Below are positions 25,437-33,802 of a stretch of DNA of 64,000 nucleotides, piece by piece. The notes beneath the pieces are model-generated. The model saw nothing but the letters and a program-made list of their open reading frames with translations. It searched no databases and had not been told where the DNA came from. The stretch covers positions 81,907 to 145,906 of the forward strand of contig CAZMSJ010000001.1 in assembly GCA_964568925.1 (NCBI GenBank). The letters run 5' to 3'. Source of the stretch: an uncultured Gammaproteobacteria bacterium (GTDB lineage Bacteria; Patescibacteriota; Microgenomatia; UBA8517). Each line of letters begins with the position of its first letter. Position 1 is the stretch's first letter. Made by a program: the position numbers and the translations under genes.

Positions 25437-25889
25437 TTAGAAGGAAGAAAGCCAGATTTTAGCTAGGTAGAGGGTTGTGATAATGGTCACAACGGTTAAA
25501 CACTGGTTCATGATTTGAAAAATGAACCACACTGAATCATTGTGGAAAATTCTTCGTGCAGGCAGTCTCTCAACCTCATATCTGATGATCGGGGAGAACT
25601 GTTGATTGAGCCAATACACTGTTTCTCCAATGCTTCGAACAAGCCAGAAAACTGAAAAAATGAGCCAGAACAGGATCCAATCATTTAAATACAAGGAAAT
25701 AGAAGCCGCAGCTGTCCAAAAGAAACTAAAAACTAACGCATCTCCCCAGACATACATACCAAGGGGGTAGAAAAATGGTGTTTCTCCATAGGCATTCTTT
25801 CTTTTGGAACAGGCGTTAAAGGCAAGAACAAAAATTATTAAATTAAAAGTGATGACAAAGACGAGGAAGGCAACAGAAATGGCAGTCAT
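25437..25889 (-). CDS. Multi-pass membrane protein, function unknown
   Basis: 150 aa with about five TM helices. Confidence 0.55.
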   Translation of the reverse strand: MTAISVAFLVFVITFNLIIFVLAFNACSKRKNAYGETPFFYPLGMYVWGDALVFSFFWTAAASISLYLNDWILFWLIFSVFWLVRSIGETVYWLNQQFSPIIRYEVERLPARRIFHNDSVWFIFQIMNQCLTVVTIITTLYLAKIWLSSF

Positions 25890-26042
25890 GAGAATTTGAT
25901 TCTATCAGATTGAAACTTGAGGATACAGGATAGGAAAGAGGAATAAGAATAAACCATCCAATTTAATTACCTTATAATACTATGGTATACTTGTGTGTTT
26001 GGTTGAACGTGATTCAAAAATCCTTTAACAGAAAGGCTCGTT

Positions 26043-26450
26043 GTGAATATTCATTCACTCTACAGCAAAGTTCGTCGCCCGTTGGCAGTTCTCTGTATGT
26101 TCGTATTTGTGGTAACGGTATTTTTCGGAATGTTATTCGGCAATATGCTCCCCAGAGAGGAACGAGCAGGTGTGTTTATTTTGTATCTTTTGTTGTTTAT
26201 TCTCTGGACCTATGCTACATCAATCGGTCGATTGTTAACCTATTTTGAACATGAAAGGCGATATCGGTGGGTAAACATATTTTCAATGATCTTTTTTGTT
26301 TGTGTATGTCTGTATGGGACTATCTTGCCGCAGGCTCCCGTTCGCTCATATGAGGGATCATATATAACCCTGAATAATATTTTTGGGATTGCGGCAATCT
26401 TTTGGGCTTATCTGAGTGTTGCTCTTGATTTAGGTGAAATATTCTTGTGA
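26043..26450 (+). CDS. Membrane protein, function unknown
   Basis: 135 aa with four TM helices, a GTG start, and a terminator downstream. Confidence 0.5.
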   Translation: MNIHSLYSKVRRPLAVLCMFVFVVTVFFGMLFGNMLPREERAGVFILYLLLFILWTYATSIGRLLTYFEHERRYRWVNIFSMIFFVCVCLYGTILPQAPVRSYEGSYITLNNIFGIAAIFWAYLSVALDLGEIFL

Positions 26451-26457
26451 ATCTAGT

Positions 26458-26486
26458 AGGTCAGGGTAACTCCTGGCCTCTTTTTG
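26458..26486 (+). terminator. Rho-independent terminator
   Basis: AGGTCAGG / CCTGGCCT with one G-U pair, loop GTAACT, then CTTTTTG. Confidence 0.65.
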
Positions 26487-26519
26487 TGGATTAAACTTGA
26501 GGATGTAAGCTCAGAAGGG

Positions 26520-26525
26520 TATAAT
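26520..26525 (+). promoter_or_regulatory. -10 box TATAAT upstream of the split tRNA-Asn
   Basis: GGGTATAAT, with TTGAGG placed 17 nt upstream. The tRNA 5' end at 26550 is 24 nt downstream. Confidence 0.4.
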
Positions 26526-26583
26526 TCCAGTGTACTTTAAATAAAATAATCCCCTGTAGCTCAATGGCAGAGCGGTTCGCTGT

Positions 26584-27103
26584 AGACACTTGCTATTTGG
26601 TATACTTAATTGTGTATGCCAGAGAAGCGAAAATATGCTGATCGCGCCGAGTATATGAAGAAGGCTGTTGCGATGAGACGAAGAAAGCTCAAAGCAATGG
26701 TTGTCGAATATCGAGGCGGGAAATGTATGATTTGTGGTTACAACAAATATTTTGGAGCGCTTGATTTACATCATGTAGATGAGACTCAAAAATCATTTGG
26801 TTTGTCTGTTCGAGGTCTTACTCGTTCTTGGGAAAAGATCAAAGAAGAGGCAGATAAGTGCATTTTATTATGCGCAAATTGTCACCGTGAGATTCATGCC
26901 GGCATTGTGCAGCCTCCAAAAGAAATTTTGGAGTGAACACCAGGCTAATTCGGGGAAGTCCAGGTCTACTGGATAATCCCGAGCTAAATCATCATGAAAA
27001 TGATGTAAATGTGTAGAGACTATATACCTGGGGTCTAAGTTCTAATTTTTTTAGAATATGATCATAAGATAGTCCAAGCCTCACAGTAATGAGAGGGTCC
27101 TTG
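26584..27103 (+). mobile_element. Group I intron (IC3-like core) with an internal HNH ORF
   Basis: The 5' exon ends in U (26583) and the intron ends in G (27103). Hand-folded pairings: P3 26940-44/27027-31; P4 26950-54/26978-82; P5 26959-63/26969-73; P6 26990-95/27000-05 with a GAAA loop; P7 27018-23/27069-74; P8 27040-45/27051-56; P9 27079-83/27090-96. The strings AATTCGGGGAAG and GTAGAGACTA recall the Azoarcus tRNA-Ile intron (from memory). Confidence 0.75.
26616..26936 (+). CDS. HNH homing endonuclease (intron-encoded)
   Basis: CMICGY...LDLHHVDE...LLCANCHREIHAG gives the HNH motif with flanking CxxC pairs. The stop lies 3 nt before intron P3. The ATG at 26616 is preferred over the TTG at 26610. 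Confidence 0.8.
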   Translation: MPEKRKYADRAEYMKKAVAMRRRKLKAMVVEYRGGKCMICGYNKYFGALDLHHVDETQKSFGLSVRGLTRSWEKIKEEADKCILLCANCHREIHAGIVQPPKEILE

Positions 27104-27129
27104 TAACGAAAAGGTTGTAGGTTCGAGTC

Positions 27130-28671
27130 CTACCGGGGGAGCCAGGCATCTGTTATCCGAACCATGTCTCGCCTTATAACAACATCAAAGGCAGGCGTGT
27201 AAGTGATATTGACGATTTTCTTATCTTCAATCCAGATTTTCTCCACAAACCAGCTTAAAAAATCTTTTCTCTCGGTTTCAGTAAATGCTTTGTATAGCTT
27301 TGGTAGTTGTCGCAGAAAGGCAATAATTGTTTCTATCTTCTCTTCATCAAGATTCACAGATGGCTTGTTGAGTTTTGCAATTTCAGCTTCAACTCCTTTG
27401 AGTTCATCTTTCAGAGGAACATACTTTTGTTGAATACGCTCCTGTGGGATAGTTTCAGCAATAATTTGATCTTCTAGCTTATCCATTTTCTTCTCAACAA
27501 TTGTTTTGCGGGCAATCAAAGACTGGATTTTACTAGGAATGTCTTTGCCTTGCTCATGCATATACTCTAGCAATTCAGTTCTTAATGCTTTGAAAAATCT
27601 CTCATCAAAATCAATTGCAGCTATCCAATCCTCAAGTTGTTTATGGATTTTATTCATTGGCGCATAGGGTTGGCTGCATTCCTTGCCTTTGTTCTTGGAG
27701 CCTGTACAGCGATAGTAAAGAAAGATCTTACCATTTTTCTTAATATGTTGCTCTCCAGTCATTAGACTTCCACATTCATTACAAAATACCAACCCTGCCA
27801 AAAAGAAGTTATGTTTTCTCTCGCGATTTGCACCGTTATTGTGTTTTGCTAGTATCTCTTCTGACTTTTTAATATCTCCCATAGTTATAATCGCCCCATG
27901 TTGTCCTTTGTAAATTTTACCGCAATAATACACTTTTCCAGCGTATCTCACATCAGTTAACATCCGATGGATTGCATTTGCTCTAACTCTTTTTCCTTGA
28001 GGGGTGCGAAAGCCCTCCTCGTAAAGCTCATTCTCAAGGGAGTATATCGAGTGACTACCAGTATGGAAACGCCTAAAGACTTCTTTTACAAAATACTCAC
28101 GTTCTTTGTCAATCTTCCAAGGCTCACCCTTTTTGAAAGAGTTGAGATAGCCAATAACTGCCATCCCAGGCTGAAATCCTTTTTCGGCAAGAGCGACCAT
28201 GGTTCTTTTGGTCTTTTCTCCTGTAATTTCTCTTTGAAGTTGATTGGCCCCAGCCATTACTAAATCAACGAATTTTCCTACAGGATCATCTCCGAAATTG
28301 GGTTGTTGAGTGGCAATGAGTTGCACTCCGCATTTCTTAAGAATTGTTTTGACTGCTAAGTGATCTTGTGCATCACGAGCAAAACGATCTGTCTCTTCGA
28401 GAAGTACTGCATCAACATCTTTATCCTTTTGGCAACGCTCAAGCATTCGCATAAACTCAGGTCTGCCTGAAGTACTGCCTCCGCTTTTTCCACCATCCTT
28501 GAAGACTTCCAGAATATGCCAATTTCTTTCTCGAGCAAATTTTACTAAACGATCTACCTGGTCATCTAGTGAATGCCCCTCTTGTACTTGACGATCTGTA
28601 CTTACGCGAGCATAGAGGAGGACATTGCTTATTACTTTTTGTTCATCTTCGATGTTTTGTTTGTATGTCAT
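27130..28671 (-). CDS. Large serine recombinase (integrase)
   Basis: Resolvase catalytic motif LLYARVSTDRQVQEGHSLDDQ, a recombinase domain, a zinc ribbon (CNECGSLMTG...YYRCTGSKNKGKEC), and a C-terminal coiled coil. The last five codons and the stop are encoded by the tRNA acceptor/T-arm sequence. An alternative TTG start lies at 28704. Confidence 0.88.
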   Translation of the reverse strand: MTYKQNIEDEQKVISNVLLYARVSTDRQVQEGHSLDDQVDRLVKFARERNWHILEVFKDGGKSGGSTSGRPEFMRMLERCQKDKDVDAVLLEETDRFARDAQDHLAVKTILKKCGVQLIATQQPNFGDDPVGKFVDLVMAGANQLQREITGEKTKRTMVALAEKGFQPGMAVIGYLNSFKKGEPWKIDKEREYFVKEVFRRFHTGSHSIYSLENELYEEGFRTPQGKRVRANAIHRMLTDVRYAGKVYYCGKIYKGQHGAIITMGDIKKSEEILAKHNNGANRERKHNFFLAGLVFCNECGSLMTGEQHIKKNGKIFLYYRCTGSKNKGKECSQPYAPMNKIHKQLEDWIAAIDFDERFFKALRTELLEYMHEQGKDIPSKIQSLIARKTIVEKKMDKLEDQIIAETIPQERIQQKYVPLKDELKGVEAEIAKLNKPSVNLDEEKIETIIAFLRQLPKLYKAFTETERKDFLSWFVEKIWIEDKKIVNITYTPAFDVVIRRDMVRITDAWLPR

Positions 28672-28798
28672 AAACTTTGAAAGCCGCCTGGTTGAACTCA
28701 ACAAGAATCGCTTCTGTTGTCCAGACGGCCATCAAAAAAAGCGGTTCTTAATGTTGAGTTCATAATTATTCAACCATGTTTTAAGATCGGGTGTCAAA

Positions 28799-30385
28799 TC
28801 AACTTCGTCTTCCAATGTCAACAAGCTCATTTTCTACCCACTTTTCATTTGCTTGTATGTCATTAGGTAGCAGCAATTCTTCAGCCTTATAAAAGCTACA
28901 ATCCCAGAATCCTTTATTTAATTCAACATAGGTCTTTATAACTGATTCAAATGATTCATTGTGGTCAGCAATAATTGTGTTTATCCTCATATTTGCACTT
29001 GTGATTATGCTTAATGGGGAACCGAGATCTCTTGGTAAAAGTTCCATCCCATCAAAATACTTTTGCTCAAGTTTTTCTATGAGTACGATCCTGTCTTTGA
29101 GGTACTGAATGTTCTCCTTGGCTCTTTCAATAAAGTTTGTGATGACTTTGCGATATAGTGGGTCTTGGAATTTAACAATTGCAGTTTCTGCGTCATAATC
29201 TGTTTTAATAAGTTTGAGAGGCATAAGTATTTTGGATAATTTCACTAAGTCTCGTTGGTTTTTATAGGAATGGAGAATTGATCCAAAGTCGTCGTGAGGG
29301 GGCAAAATTGCAATTGGATGGTCACGCTTGTCAATGATCCTGTGATCTCCTGCAAAAACTACACCTTTATCTTTAACAAAGCGCAGTTCAATGCAATCAT
29401 CAGACAAAGGATTGTAGCCTTTCATACTTGAACCTTCTTCACCCGCATATTTTTGATAGCGACCATCCCAAGCATAGTAACTTCCTGCCTCAACTCCTTC
29501 AATTTCCTCTGTATGGAATTGTCTTTTTTTACGGTTATATCTTTTGACTTGTCCTTTAATCCATTTGAGTTTTCCTTCAGCTATTGCTTTTTGAATACGA
29601 ACTTTTTCCTCCTCGACAGTTTTTAGCCACTTATCGTATTCTTCTTTATCTGGAGCTACAAGTGCGTCTGGCTGTTGTTCTTCAATGTATTTTGCTAGTT
29701 CCTCATCGCTCATGTTTTCGTATTTGCAATAATCCTTCCAGAGAAGTGGCTCTTTGCCTAAGCGGTTCTTTTGTCTCAAATAATGTGACAATCCCTCTTT
29801 TTTATCTTTTATAGTGTCAGCGATGAGATCTTCTTTTGATTTTCCATATCTTTCAATCCACCAGTACCATTCATCCAAAAGGTCATACTCCGTAACATAT
29901 TTTTCTTTAACAAGACGATAAAAGGCTTCCTGGTCAACTAATCCATGCCTACCATCAAGCGAGATGACCTCTTCTTTTATAGACTGCTTTGCTTGCTTCA
30001 AACCTTTATCGTAATCTTCTTTTTTAACTAACACTGGCATACGATCAAGGTAGTTTGATAATTGGTCCATCATAGGTGAGGTGGCAATCAGATACATTAT
30101 GGTTGAGATTCGTAGGTGTGCATTCTCAAGCTCAAGTAGAGTAATTTCCATCATTGGAACGATATGAGTCCAGACCTCGTCCTTAACACTAATAAGAGAG
30201 TTATATTCTTTTGCCTGATGAGATGGGCATGCGGAAACAATAGCAGCCACTTCTGTTCTCAATCCTTCAGATAGTTCACCATCTTTTGCTTCCTTCATCG
30301 CTTTCTGCTGAATTTGGATGACTAGTTTAGCTCGCTCTTTCGCAGTCATTAAAGGTGATAGTTTGGCAAAGTTTAATTCTGTCAT
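28799..30385 (-). CDS. Hypothetical 528-aa protein (element cargo)
   Basis: Long uninterrupted ORF. Its start overlaps the upstream gene's stop by 4 nt. No motif recognised. Confidence 0.6.
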   Translation of the reverse strand: MTELNFAKLSPLMTAKERAKLVIQIQQKAMKEAKDGELSEGLRTEVAAIVSACPSHQAKEYNSLISVKDEVWTHIVPMMEITLLELENAHLRISTIMYLIATSPMMDQLSNYLDRMPVLVKKEDYDKGLKQAKQSIKEEVISLDGRHGLVDQEAFYRLVKEKYVTEYDLLDEWYWWIERYGKSKEDLIADTIKDKKEGLSHYLRQKNRLGKEPLLWKDYCKYENMSDEELAKYIEEQQPDALVAPDKEEYDKWLKTVEEEKVRIQKAIAEGKLKWIKGQVKRYNRKKRQFHTEEIEGVEAGSYYAWDGRYQKYAGEEGSSMKGYNPLSDDCIELRFVKDKGVVFAGDHRIIDKRDHPIAILPPHDDFGSILHSYKNQRDLVKLSKILMPLKLIKTDYDAETAIVKFQDPLYRKVITNFIERAKENIQYLKDRIVLIEKLEQKYFDGMELLPRDLGSPLSIITSANMRINTIIADHNESFESVIKTYVELNKGFWDCSFYKAEELLLPNDIQANEKWVENELVDIGRRS

Positions 30386-30759
30386 TTTCGTTTTAATGTT
30401 GTTTTTCTTTCAAAAAGTACACTTTCAATCATTTCAATGCGTTCATCTAAGTTGGCATTCTCCATAGCTTTTAGAGCGTGGCTGCAAATATAGGCAATAG
30501 TGTTAGCAATTTGAGGAGGAATAGTGCCGCCTCTGACTCCGTTTATTGTTTCCTCCAAAATACTTACAACATCTGAAGGGTTTTTCATTGGTGCGGGAGG
30601 AAGGCTGAGTCTGTCTCTTTTGGACATCTTGCCTCCTTTGGCAACAGCCAAAGCGTGATCCTCGCGAGTATCAGGATTATGAGCAAAGCAATACTGAGAT
30701 TTCTTCATCGCGTTTGCCTGGCATTGTTCACCATTAGCGTTGACATAAGTACACCTCAT
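30382..30759 (-). CDS. Hypothetical protein with an N-terminal Cys/His cluster
   Basis: CTYVNANGEQCQANAMKKSQYCFAH is a CX9CX11CX2H pattern. The gene has 4-nt overlaps on both sides. Confidence 0.55.
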   Translation of the reverse strand: MRCTYVNANGEQCQANAMKKSQYCFAHNPDTREDHALAVAKGGKMSKRDRLSLPPAPMKNPSDVVSILEETINGVRGGTIPPQIANTIAYICSHALKAMENANLDERIEMIESVLFERKTTLKRK

Positions 30760-31250
30760 GATTTTTGGCCTCCTTTATTAGCAACAGTAGTGGGTGATAC
30801 CCACTCACATTCTTGTCCAAAGATGTCCTTGCAAGTAGCCAGAAGCTCGTTGTCAGACATAAAGTAAATCATTTGTCTTTCGCGGCCTTCGTCTTCAAGA
30901 AGCTCAATAAGTTTTAGGACATCGTTGTACTTCTTAACTTGAGTTTCCCTTTCTTGTTGATTGAAAAGATCAACACTTGCAACTTCTGGTTCAAGATTGC
31001 GAGCAAAGGCAGTGGCTTCTTCATATCTTGTAATAAGGATGTCGTTAGGCCATTCCTTCAGAAAGCGAATATCTTTGTATGTAGCTTCGTTTTCAGATTG
31101 AATTTGAAGACTTTGCAGTGCCTCTTTCAAAGCCTGAATAGTCTCGTTTCGTGCCCCAGCTTGCCTGGCGGCATCCAAGTTTGTTTGAGCCTTTTTAATC
31201 GCTGACTCAAGATTGGTAGATGTCTGAGTAGATATTGAGTGGATGTCCAT
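30756..31250 (-). CDS. Hypothetical 164-aa protein
   Basis: The ATG at 31250 is preceded by AAGGGAGG 11 nt upstream. It is the first gene of a translationally coupled triplet. Confidence 0.55.
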   Translation of the reverse strand: MDIHSISTQTSTNLESAIKKAQTNLDAARQAGARNETIQALKEALQSLQIQSENEATYKDIRFLKEWPNDILITRYEEATAFARNLEPEVASVDLFNQQERETQVKKYNDVLKLIELLEDEGRERQMIYFMSDNELLATCKDIFGQECEWVSPTTVANKGGQKS

Positions 31251-31289
31251 AACTACAAAATCCTCCCTTCTTGAAGCTGATAGCTAGAA

Positions 31290-31468
31290 CCTCGGTAGAT
31301 GTTTGTAACCAGAAGAGTAGTTAACAATAAAAATAATCTGTTTGTAACTAAGGATGTGTACTTTATATCCTTAACCCTCCTGCACATAGTAATGTCTACT
31401 GCTTTTTGCAGTTTCGTGCGTAATTGAGCTATAAATTGGTGTTTTGAATGTCTACTCATTGTCTACTT
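31290..31468. repeat. Cluster of short direct repeats (iteron-like) in the intergenic region downstream of the primase gene
   Basis: TGTCTACT occurs three times (31393-31400, 31449-31456, 31460-31467). TGTTTGTAAC occurs twice (31300-31309, 31339-31348). GGTAGATGT occurs twice (31215-31223, 31294-31302). Confidence 0.5.
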
Positions 31469-33733
31469 TTAAGTCATGTTGGGATCAATTCCATATCGCT
31501 TCATTAGTTCTTCAATAGTTTCTGGTTGGATTACATATCTCCAATATCCTTGGACTTTCTTGCCAATAATGCCAAAACGTTTAAGTGCTGCTCCTACACC
31601 ACGGCTGGTGAAGTATTGCTTTTGATCTTCTTCCAGAAATTCACTGGCTCGCTGTTTGATTTCCTTGTTAGTGATATATCCTAGGCTTGAAGTAGAGGTA
31701 AGCTCTCGTAGCGCTAGAAGGACCGCTGCATCAAAGTCCTCCAAATCAGATCCAGAAGTTTCCTGTGCTCTTCGAATAGCTTCTTCTTTAATCTGCTCAA
31801 AAGTTCCTGGCAGGTCTTTATCAAGAAGCTTGGCGATGCAAAGAAGTGGTCTCCAGAGTTCGTTTTGTCTGTTAAGCAATGCATTTACCTCTGGGTCGGA
31901 GTGATAGAAACCTGCGATTTCTTTTGCATAATCCAGTGCAAAGATATAAAGCAGAGAGCGCAAGTACTGCCAGTTTTCTGAACCTTCAGTAACAGCAAGA
32001 TTACCTTTCTCAGGGTTATTGGTTCTGACCATTGTAATAGTGATAGATCTGTCTTCGAGCACATTATCAAGACCTGAGATGTTGGCAATGGCTTTGGGGC
32101 TATAAATTTCAAATGATTCAATTTCAAAGTTACCCTTAGCTCCTTTTTTGACACGATATGCAGGAGCTCCTTGTTTGTATCCAGAATTAAGTAACTCCCG
32201 TAGCTCTTCCTTTTTAGTCTTGTCAGACAACTGCTCACTTTCATCCAATGCCAGCGTGCATCTTTTGGCCTCTACTATGCGAAAGAGTACTGATGGGGAG
32301 ATATTGCTTGAAAGAATTGCATTAAAAGCAAGTTTTTCAATTAAAAGTAAAGTTTTAGTTTTTCCACTTCTTTTTACTCCAACTAAATAGATATAAGGGA
32401 AGGCATCAAAAATTGGAAAAAGATAAGTTCCCATTATCCAAAGAGATAAAATATCGGCATCTGTATCATTTCGGAAATCAACAAACTTAAGAAGAGTCTG
32501 TCTTATTTCAATGAATGCAAGAGTGGAGGGAGAGGAAGTACTGCTCTCAAGAAACTTTCTAATATCTGACACACTCCAGCGGCTTATTTTGCCAGGAATT
32601 TTACTGACCTTTCTGACTGGCAAAATAGTATCCTTTATCGTTATTGTGCCCTTCTCAATAACAGTCTTTTCTTTATTGCTGGTGACAATAACGATTTTTG
32701 TCTTTTCCTTACCATCTATTTTTATTGGAAGAGGATTACCGATAAATAGTTGATCGTTATAGTAATCAAGTGCTGGATGTACGGCTTCTTCTAACTCTGA
32801 TTGAAGGATTTCAAAGTCTTTTGGCTTTATCTCCACAGTTTTTGCTTCGTCAAGCAATTTTTGGAAGTCATCTGGGGTCTTTTTAAGTTTTGCGAAGTAA
32901 TCACTTGTGTCGACTTTGTCATCTCTTTCTTGTGATAAGAGTACAATCTTTGCTCTTTTACCAAAATGTCTTCCTATTGCCTCTGCCCCTTGTTTTCCTG
33001 CATCATCAGTGTCGTAGCAAATGTAAATGGTGTCGATCCCATCAAATTCTGATACCCAGTCCTTTTTGAAAGTCGCAGCACCTGCTGTACCACTGACTGC
33101 TGGGAAACCATTTTGATTGGTAACAATTGCATCAAATTCTCCTTCTGTGATTACAACAAAAGAACTACCATTCTGCTTTACTTCTTCAAGGGTTGCGATA
33201 TTAAATAATGCAGCTTTACCACCTTTTTCATTCCACATTTTGTTGCCATCCTGTTTCTCAGGATCTCTTCTGTGGCGGACATTGATAAGGTTTCCTTCTT
33301 TATCAAATACTGGAATGGTTATACTTTTCCCATCCCAGCCAATTTGGTATTTAGTAATACTTTCATCAGTAATACCGCGTTGGTCTTTGAGGTAAGTTTG
33401 AATTCGCTCAGGTAATTGCTCGTGATATTGAGCTGCAAGGTTTTTATCAAGTTTGGTGGTATTTAACTTGGCTTTGTATTCAATCTTTTGTTTACCCTTT
33501 TTACTTTCAAGAATGGCTTCATCTTTTATGCCAAGGTTGTCAAGTAAATTTTGCCAGCTTCCTTTCATGCCACATTTGTGACACAGATAACAGCCCTCGG
33601 TATTGTGGACATACAAGTGGAATTTGGTGTCCTCACAGAAAGGACAGCAAATAATGGCTTCAGCGCCATCGGTTGAAGTCTTGTATGTTATACTGGTTTT
33701 TGATAGATAGTCTGTAACTGTTTTGTAAATCAT
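31469..33733 (-). CDS. Primase-type replication protein: zinc finger + Toprim + DUF3631-like P-loop domain
   Basis: Zinc ribbon CPFCEDTKFHLYVHNTEGCYLCHKCG; Toprim motifs VVITEGEFDAIV and CYDTDDAGKQGAE; Walker A GVKRSGKT; Walker B TLALDESE. Confidence 0.8.
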   Translation of the reverse strand: MIYKTVTDYLSKTSITYKTSTDGAEAIICCPFCEDTKFHLYVHNTEGCYLCHKCGMKGSWQNLLDNLGIKDEAILESKKGKQKIEYKAKLNTTKLDKNLAAQYHEQLPERIQTYLKDQRGITDESITKYQIGWDGKSITIPVFDKEGNLINVRHRRDPEKQDGNKMWNEKGGKAALFNIATLEEVKQNGSSFVVITEGEFDAIVTNQNGFPAVSGTAGAATFKKDWVSEFDGIDTIYICYDTDDAGKQGAEAIGRHFGKRAKIVLLSQERDDKVDTSDYFAKLKKTPDDFQKLLDEAKTVEIKPKDFEILQSELEEAVHPALDYYNDQLFIGNPLPIKIDGKEKTKIVIVTSNKEKTVIEKGTITIKDTILPVRKVSKIPGKISRWSVSDIRKFLESSTSSPSTLAFIEIRQTLLKFVDFRNDTDADILSLWIMGTYLFPIFDAFPYIYLVGVKRSGKTKTLLLIEKLAFNAILSSNISPSVLFRIVEAKRCTLALDESEQLSDKTKKEELRELLNSGYKQGAPAYRVKKGAKGNFEIESFEIYSPKAIANISGLDNVLEDRSITITMVRTNNPEKGNLAVTEGSENWQYLRSLLYIFALDYAKEIAGFYHSDPEVNALLNRQNELWRPLLCIAKLLDKDLPGTFEQIKEEAIRRAQETSGSDLEDFDAAVLLALRELTSTSSLGYITNKEIKQRASEFLEEDQKQYFTSRGVGAALKRFGIIGKKVQGYWRYVIQPETIEELMKRYGIDPNMT

Positions 33734-33802
33734 AGTCGTAAATTAAAAACATTTTTATTTCTTTTTAGGAGGAAGACAGGGTAGATGCCTTCCTCCAAGG
33801 GT

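Larger units (their letters stand above)
26550..27144 (+). tRNA. tRNA-Asn(GUU) interrupted in the anticodon loop by a group I intron
   Basis: Exon 1 (26550-26583) is TCCCCTG TA GCTC AATGGCA GAGC G GTTCG CTGT. Exon 2 (27104-27144) is TAA CGAAA AGGTT GTAGG TTCGAGT CCTAC CGGGGGA G CCA. Spliced, they give a 75-nt cloverleaf with loop CTGTTAA, U1-A72 and G73, closely resembling E. coli tRNA-Asn. Confidence 0.8.

Noticed and set aside
25913-26504. A 12-nt direct repeat, AAACTTGAGGAT, at 25913-25924 and 26493-26504. The copies flank the 26043..26450 gene and lie just left of the tRNA-Asn.
   Set aside because: Exact 12-mer pairs are expected many times by chance in 64 kb (order-of-magnitude estimate). 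The flanking similarity is only a few bases. The second copy is more simply read as the -35 region (TTGAGG) of the tRNA promoter.
27120-27163. A GGTTCG...CGAACC dyad (27120-27125 / 27158-27163), centred near the tRNA 3' end, considered as the recombinase att core.
   Set aside because: Only 6 bp per arm match, the rest of the half-sites do not match, and one arm is simply the conserved tRNA T-loop. It is mentioned only as a place to test, not as a feature.
31253-31459. A 68-aa minus-strand ORF between the primase gene and the next gene.
   Set aside because: It has no RBS and an odd composition. The region is better explained by the cluster of short direct repeats, as a regulatory or origin-like intergenic region.
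33755-33795. A hairpin, GGAGGAAG...CTTCCTCC, between the primase and DUF669-like genes, considered as a terminator.
   Set aside because: On the transcribed minus strand it is followed by an A-rich rather than a U-rich tract. It may be a structural or regulatory element, but it does not fit an intrinsic terminator.
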